From Actinomycetota bacterium (GTDB lineage: Bacteria; Actinomycetota; Acidimicrobiia; Acidimicrobiales; Aldehydirespiratoraceae), in assembly GCA_039815945.1 (NCBI GenBank), contig JBCBYI010000003.1, positions 1-43,960 of the forward strand: a stretch of 43,960 bases of DNA. The letters are read 5' to 3'. The number at the start of each line of letters is the position of its first letter. Position 1 is the first letter of the stretch. Below are positions 39,494-43,960 of the stretch, piece after piece. The notes beneath the pieces are model-generated. The model was not told where the DNA came from. It ran no database searches and was given only the letters and a program-made list of their open reading frames with translations. The position numbers were made by a program, and so were the translations under genes.

Positions 39494-40780
39494 CTAGGCG
39501 ATCAGCAGGTCGGGTGAGGCGAGAGCCACCGCCAGGGCGGCTTCGCCGGGGCGGTTCGACGCCGAGGCATCGAGGCCGTCGAGGGCGGCGAGGGTCGGCT
39601 CGGAGAAGCCGGCCGGCCGCAAGAGCAGGTCGGCGAGGGCGTCCCAGTCGCGTTCGCTCGCCGCGACCATCGCCGCGGCGTCGGGGGCGGTCAGTCGCGC
39701 CAGACCGGTCGAGACCGAGAAGCGGGCGGCGGTGGCCGACGACGCCAACCAGGTCGCCGCGCCGGGGTACCCGCCGACGTTGGGCGGGTTGGCGGGGTTC
39801 TGGCCGAGGAATCGCAGGGCGCCGAGCAGTGTCTCGATGTCGGCGCGCACTTCGGTGCTCTTCGCCGCCTGCAGCAACCACGGGACCGGGGCGAGCACCA
39901 TCGGCGACGCCGTCCCGGCGGCGCCGGTCTCCAGCACCGCACGACCCAACGTCGCGATGTCGAGATCGGCGTCGGCGAAGGTCGCGCCGAGGTCGAAGAT
40001 CGTCTGGTTGTCGACGTCGCCGAGGAAGTGACGGGCGAACTTCGACGCGATGAAGACCGGACACGCCGGGCTCGACGTCACCGCAGCGACCGTCGTATCG
40101 ACATCGTGGACCCCGTCGACACCGAGCAGGCTCTGCGGCGTGTCGTCGTGGCGGATCGGCACATAGCGAACCTCCACGGTCGGTCGGCGCTGAATCGTCC
40201 AGCCGGTCAGCGCGATCGCCGCGGCCTTGACGTCGTCCTCGGTGAAGTTGTTGATGCCGACGGTGTAGAGCTCGAGCAGCTCACGTCCGTAGTTCTCGTT
40301 GGGGGCGGCCCCGGTGCTCGTGGCGCCGTCGAGGAAGATCAGCATCGCGGCGTCGGTCGTGACCTGGCGGATCAGCTCGCGGAAGTCGCCTCGCCCGAGC
40401 GATCGGCACAGATCGAGATGGTCGAGCATGGCCGGCAGGTACCGCACCACCTGGAGCGACACCGCGAAATGGTCGTGCCAGAACCACGCGAGCTGATGGT
40501 CGAACGGCCGCTCGGTGTCGGCGAGACGGGTCAACCAGCGGTCGTAGGCCTCGAAGGTCCGCGCCCGGGCCGCCTCGTTGTCGGAGCGGTCGTAGACGTA
40601 CTCCCAGTCGGCCCACGGCGACGTCTCCTCGGCGATACCGGCCGCGGTCGGATCGACGAGGCGATCGATCGTCCCCTCGACGCCGAGCGACTCGAGTTCG
40701 TCGAGTTCGCCAGGGCCGAGCCCCCACGTGGCGCGGCGGGCGAGGAAGGCGACCGTCTCTCGGGTGGATTCGAACTGCAT
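39494..40780 (-). CDS. DUF1800 domain protein
   Basis: FWHDHF, AML.FLD, PNENYGRELLELYTVG, FTE.DV and PPNVGGY motifs. Start may extend to GTG 40801. Confidence 0.92.
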   Translation of the reverse strand: MQFESTRETVAFLARRATWGLGPGELDELESLGVEGTIDRLVDPTAAGIAEETSPWADWEYVYDRSDNEAARARTFEAYDRWLTRLADTERPFDHQLAWFWHDHFAVSLQVVRYLPAMLDHLDLCRSLGRGDFRELIRQVTTDAAMLIFLDGATSTGAAPNENYGRELLELYTVGINNFTEDDVKAAAIALTGWTIQRRPTVEVRYVPIRHDDTPQSLLGVDGVHDVDTTVAAVTSSPACPVFIASKFARHFLGDVDNQTIFDLGATFADADLDIATLGRAVLETGAAGTASPMVLAPVPWLLQAAKSTEVRADIETLLGALRFLGQNPANPPNVGGYPGAATWLASSATAARFSVSTGLARLTAPDAAAMVAASERDWDALADLLLRPAGFSEPTLAALDGLDASASNRPGEAALAVALASPDLLIA

Positions 40781-40846
40781 CACACCGTCACCATCGGCCA
40801 CAGGTGTGAGGAATGTGTGATCGACCGCTGAGCGGCCCGCCAGGGA

Positions 40847-42013
40847 TCAGAGCTGATCGAGCGCTTGGGCGAGATCGTCGAGGATGTCCTGCGTCGACTC
40901 GATGCCGACGCTGAGGCGCACGAGATCGGCGGGGACCTCGAGCTCGGAGCCGGCCGCCGAGGCGTGGGTCATCACGCCGGGATGCTCGATCAACGACTCG
41001 ACCGCACCGAGCGACTCGGCGAGCGAGAAGACCTTCGTGGCGGTGGTGAGCCGCATGGCGGCGTCGGCGCCACCAGCGACCCGGAACGACACCATGCCGC
41101 CGAAGTTCTTCATCTGACGAGCAGCGGCCTCGTGCCCGGGGTGGTCGGCCACGCCCGGGTAGAGCACGTGGGTGACCTTGTCGTGGCCCTGGAGGAGTTC
41201 GACGACGGCCTTGGCGTTGTCGCAGTGGCGATCCATGCGCACGGCGAGGGTCTTGAGGCCTCGCAGGGTGAGGTAATTGTCGAACGGCGAGCCGACCGCC
41301 CCGATGGCGTTCTGCAGGTAGGCCAGCCGGTCGGCGAGCGCCGAGTCGTTGGTGGCGAGGAAGCCGCCGACCACGTCGGAGTGGCCGCCGCAGTACTTGG
41401 TGGTCGAGTGCACGACGACGTCGGCGCCGTGGCCGAGCGGCTGCTGGAGGTACGGCGTGGCGAACGTGTTGTCGACGACGAGCTTGGCGCCACCCTCGTG
41501 CACGATCTCGGCGATGGCCGCGATGTCGACGACGGTCAACAGCGGGTTGGTCGGCGTCTCGGCCCACACGATCTTGGTCTCGGGGCGCAAGGCGGCCTGC
41601 AGCGCCTCGGGATCGGTGAGATCGGTGGCGGTCCACTCGAACCCCATGGGGGCGAGCACGGCCGAGATCAGCCGGAACGTGCCGCCGTAGGCGTCGTTGC
41701 CGAGCACGATGTGATCGCCCGGCGACAGTGTGCGCAGCAGGGTGTCCTCTGCGGACATGCCCGAGGCGAACGCGAGGCCGTGGGCCGCCCCCTCGAGCGA
41801 GGCGAGGCACTCCTGGAGCGCCTGACGGGTGGGGTTGTTGGTGCGGGAGTACTCGTAGCCCCGGTGCACGCCGGGCTCTTCTTGCACGAAGGTGGTGGCG
41901 AGCGAGATCGGCGTGACGACCGCACCGCTCGTCGGATCGTGGCGCTGACCGGCTCGGATCGCACGGGTCTCGAAACCGAACGCCTCGGCGTCGGCGAAGA
42001 TGTCATCGGCCAT
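40847..42013 (-). CDS. metB: Cystathionine gamma-synthase/gamma-lyase
   Basis: FETRAI.AG, YEYSR..NPT, ETPTNP, VDNTFATP, HSTTKY.GGHSD and LAESLG.VESL motifs. Confidence 0.93.
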   Translation of the reverse strand: MADDIFADAEAFGFETRAIRAGQRHDPTSGAVVTPISLATTFVQEEPGVHRGYEYSRTNNPTRQALQECLASLEGAAHGLAFASGMSAEDTLLRTLSPGDHIVLGNDAYGGTFRLISAVLAPMGFEWTATDLTDPEALQAALRPETKIVWAETPTNPLLTVVDIAAIAEIVHEGGAKLVVDNTFATPYLQQPLGHGADVVVHSTTKYCGGHSDVVGGFLATNDSALADRLAYLQNAIGAVGSPFDNYLTLRGLKTLAVRMDRHCDNAKAVVELLQGHDKVTHVLYPGVADHPGHEAAARQMKNFGGMVSFRVAGGADAAMRLTTATKVFSLAESLGAVESLIEHPGVMTHASAAGSELEVPADLVRLSVGIESTQDILDDLAQALDQL

Positions 42014-42017
42014 CGGA

Positions 42018-43388
42018 TCAGGCTCCCTGGGCGTCGGAGAGGAAGTTGAGGACGTCGGTCGAGGAGATGACCGCACGGGGGCGGCCGCCGTCGAGCACGA
42101 GCATCGCCGAGCAGGACTCGAGCATCTCGACCGCGAGGGCGACGGGCTGGCCGGCACCGATGGTGCGCAGCGGCGGGGCCATGACGTCCTCGACGGTCTT
42201 GTCGAGCACGGCGTCGGTCTCGAAGGCGAGCTCCATCAAGCGCAGCTCCGAAACCGAACCGGCGATCTCGGCGGCGGCGAGCGGCATCTCGCCCTTGCCG
42301 ACCGGCAGCTGCGACACACCGGCGTCGCGCATGATCGACACGGCCTCGCTCACCTTCTGGTGCGGCTGCACGTAGAGCAGGTCGGGGATGTCACTGCGGC
42401 GTCGGTCGACGATGTCGGCGACGACCGGGCCGTCGGCCCGCAGGAAGCCGAACCCGGCCATCCAGTCGTCGTTGAAGACCTTGGAGAGGTAGCCGCGACC
42501 GGAGTCGGGCGTGAGCACGACGACGAGGTCGTCGGCGGTGCACTCGTCGGCGACCTGGAGCGCTGCGGCGACCGCGGTACCGCACGAGCCGCCGATCAGC
42601 AGGCCTTCCTCCTGGCTGACCCGACGGGCCATGGCGAAGGAGTCGGCATCGCTGATCGCGATGACGCGATCGATGAGGTCGGGGTGGTAGGTGGTCGGCC
42701 AGAAGTCCTCGCCGACACCCTCGACGAGATACGGACGACCCGAGCCGCCGGAGTACACCGAGCCCTCCGGGTCAGCGCAGATCACCTGGATCGCCGGGTT
42801 CTGTTCCTTGAGATAGCGGCTGACGCCCGACAGGGTGCCGCCCGTGCCGCCACCGGCGACGAAGTGGGTGACGGTGCCGTCGGTCTGGCGCCAGATCTCC
42901 GGACCGGTCGACCGGTAGTGAGCGAGCGGGTTGGTGGGGTTGAAGTACTGGTTGGGCCGGTAGGCGCCGGGGATCTCGTTCACGAGGCGCTCGGCGGTCG
43001 AGTAGTACGACTGCGGATCCTCAGGAGCGACGGCCACCGGACACACAACGACCTCGGCGCCGTAGGCGCGCAACAGATCGACCTTCTCGGGGGCGACCTT
43101 GTCGGTCATGACGAAGACGCACTTGTAGCCACGCTGCGCCGCGACGATCGCCAGGCCCACGCCGGTGTTGCCCGAGGTCGGCTCGACGATCGTGCCGCCG
43201 GGCTTGAGCAGCCCCTCACGTTCGGCGTGGTCGATCATGCTGACCGCGGGACGGTCCTTCGACGACCCGCCGGGGTTGGTCATCTCGGCCTTGACGACGA
43301 CCTTGCACGGCTTGTCCTTGGCCACCTGCTTGAGGTTGACCAACGGCGTGTCGCCGATCAGATCGAGAACCGAGTCGTGAATCTCCAT
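42018..43388 (-). CDS. cbs: Cystathionine beta-synthase with C-terminal CBS domains
   Basis: NPGGSSKDR, EPTSGNTG, GTGGT and PDSGRGYLSK motifs, with C-terminal CBS pair (GVSQLPV). Confidence 0.94.
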   Translation of the reverse strand: MEIHDSVLDLIGDTPLVNLKQVAKDKPCKVVVKAEMTNPGGSSKDRPAVSMIDHAEREGLLKPGGTIVEPTSGNTGVGLAIVAAQRGYKCVFVMTDKVAPEKVDLLRAYGAEVVVCPVAVAPEDPQSYYSTAERLVNEIPGAYRPNQYFNPTNPLAHYRSTGPEIWRQTDGTVTHFVAGGGTGGTLSGVSRYLKEQNPAIQVICADPEGSVYSGGSGRPYLVEGVGEDFWPTTYHPDLIDRVIAISDADSFAMARRVSQEEGLLIGGSCGTAVAAALQVADECTADDLVVVLTPDSGRGYLSKVFNDDWMAGFGFLRADGPVVADIVDRRRSDIPDLLYVQPHQKVSEAVSIMRDAGVSQLPVGKGEMPLAAAEIAGSVSELRLMELAFETDAVLDKTVEDVMAPPLRTIGAGQPVALAVEMLESCSAMLVLDGGRPRAVISSTDVLNFLSDAQGA

Positions 43389-43468
43389 GCGCTACGCCCT
43401 TCCGACGTGTAGAGGCTCCCACACGGCTCAGGACAACCTGAACGTGCTGCTGAGAATTCCCCCGACTA

Positions 43469-43491
43469 GTTTCTGACACACCGTCAGAAAC
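43469..43491. promoter_or_regulatory. Perfect inverted repeat (putative repressor site) between divergent cbs and the CoA-transferase gene
   Basis: GTTTCTGAC-ACACC-GTCAGAAAC, 16 nt upstream of GTG 43508. Confidence 0.65.
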
Positions 43492-43507
43492 GTGGTCGGA
43501 GGACGTC

Positions 43508-43960
43508 GTGACCAACCCTACGAGCGGCGCTGAGGGGCTCCTCAGCAATATCCGAGTAATCGAGTCAAGTTTGCTCGGACCGGGTCACGTCGCCACCTTC
43601 TTCGCCGACCTCGGGGCCGATGTCATCAAGGTCGAGTCCCCCGCGGGCGACTACATCCGCCAGATGACCTGGCCGATCATCGACGGCGTCTCCCTGCTGC
43701 ATCTCCACACCCACCGCGGCAAGAAGAGCATCACGCTCAACCTCAAGACCGACGAGGGCAAGGAGCTCTACAAGGAGCTCGTCGCCACCGCCGACGTGGT
43801 GGTCGAAGCCCAGAAGCCCGGCGCCCTCGCCAACTTCGGACTCGGCTACGACGTACTCAAGGAGGTCAACCCGAAGATCGTGTTCGCCACGCTCTCGGGA
43901 TACGGCTCCACCGGCCCCTACCGCGACGTGCCGAGCCACGGCATCGCCTACGACACCTGG
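43508..43960 (+). CDS. CaiB/BaiF family (class III) CoA-transferase, truncated by the window edge
   Basis: Absent from the ORF track because it has no stop. GGAGGA RBS. Translation VTNPTSGAEGLLSNIRVIESSLLGPG..ADLGADVIKVE.P.GD..R...RGKKSITLNLK...ADVVVE...NPKIV...SGYG.TGPY. Confidence 0.92.
   Translation, partial: MTNPTSGAEGLLSNIRVIESSLLGPGHVATFFADLGADVIKVESPAGDYIRQMTWPIIDGVSLLHLHTHRGKKSITLNLKTDEGKELYKELVATADVVVEAQKPGALANFGLGYDVLKEVNPKIVFATLSGYGSTGPYRDVPSHGIAYDTW

Overview
High-GC actinobacterial chromosomal window; gene content and the many leaderless genes suggest an Acidimicrobiia-like organism (inference). It holds about 43 CDSs, mostly housekeeping or metabolic, and no rRNA, tRNA or CRISPR array was seen. 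Main content: a HelD-like helicase; a DUF222/HNH gene with a LexA box; a SUF Fe-S assembly system split into three units (sufC-sufS-sufU on +; sufB on -; sufD-Rieske-sufC2 on -); two DUF2510 and two NUDIX paralogues; mutY; a PAS-GGDEF-EAL protein; an acyl-CoA dehydrogenase; a CapA-family protein; class I fumarase; a cupredoxin-fused two-domain multicopper oxidase; a DUF1800/DUF1501 pair; cbs-metB; and a truncated CaiB/BaiF CoA-transferase. Two signals the ORF track hides stand out. (1) A probable selenoprotein (22786-23307): the track splits it at an in-frame TGA (D-U-G-S-C-T-T-C) that is followed by a SECIS-like hairpin, and it is translationally coupled to a CxxC thioredoxin-fusion gene. (2) A 24-bp palindrome (TTAACACTAC-N4-GTAGTGTTAA) overlaps the predicted promoter of each of the three suf units, implying a shared regulon whose regulator is not in the window.
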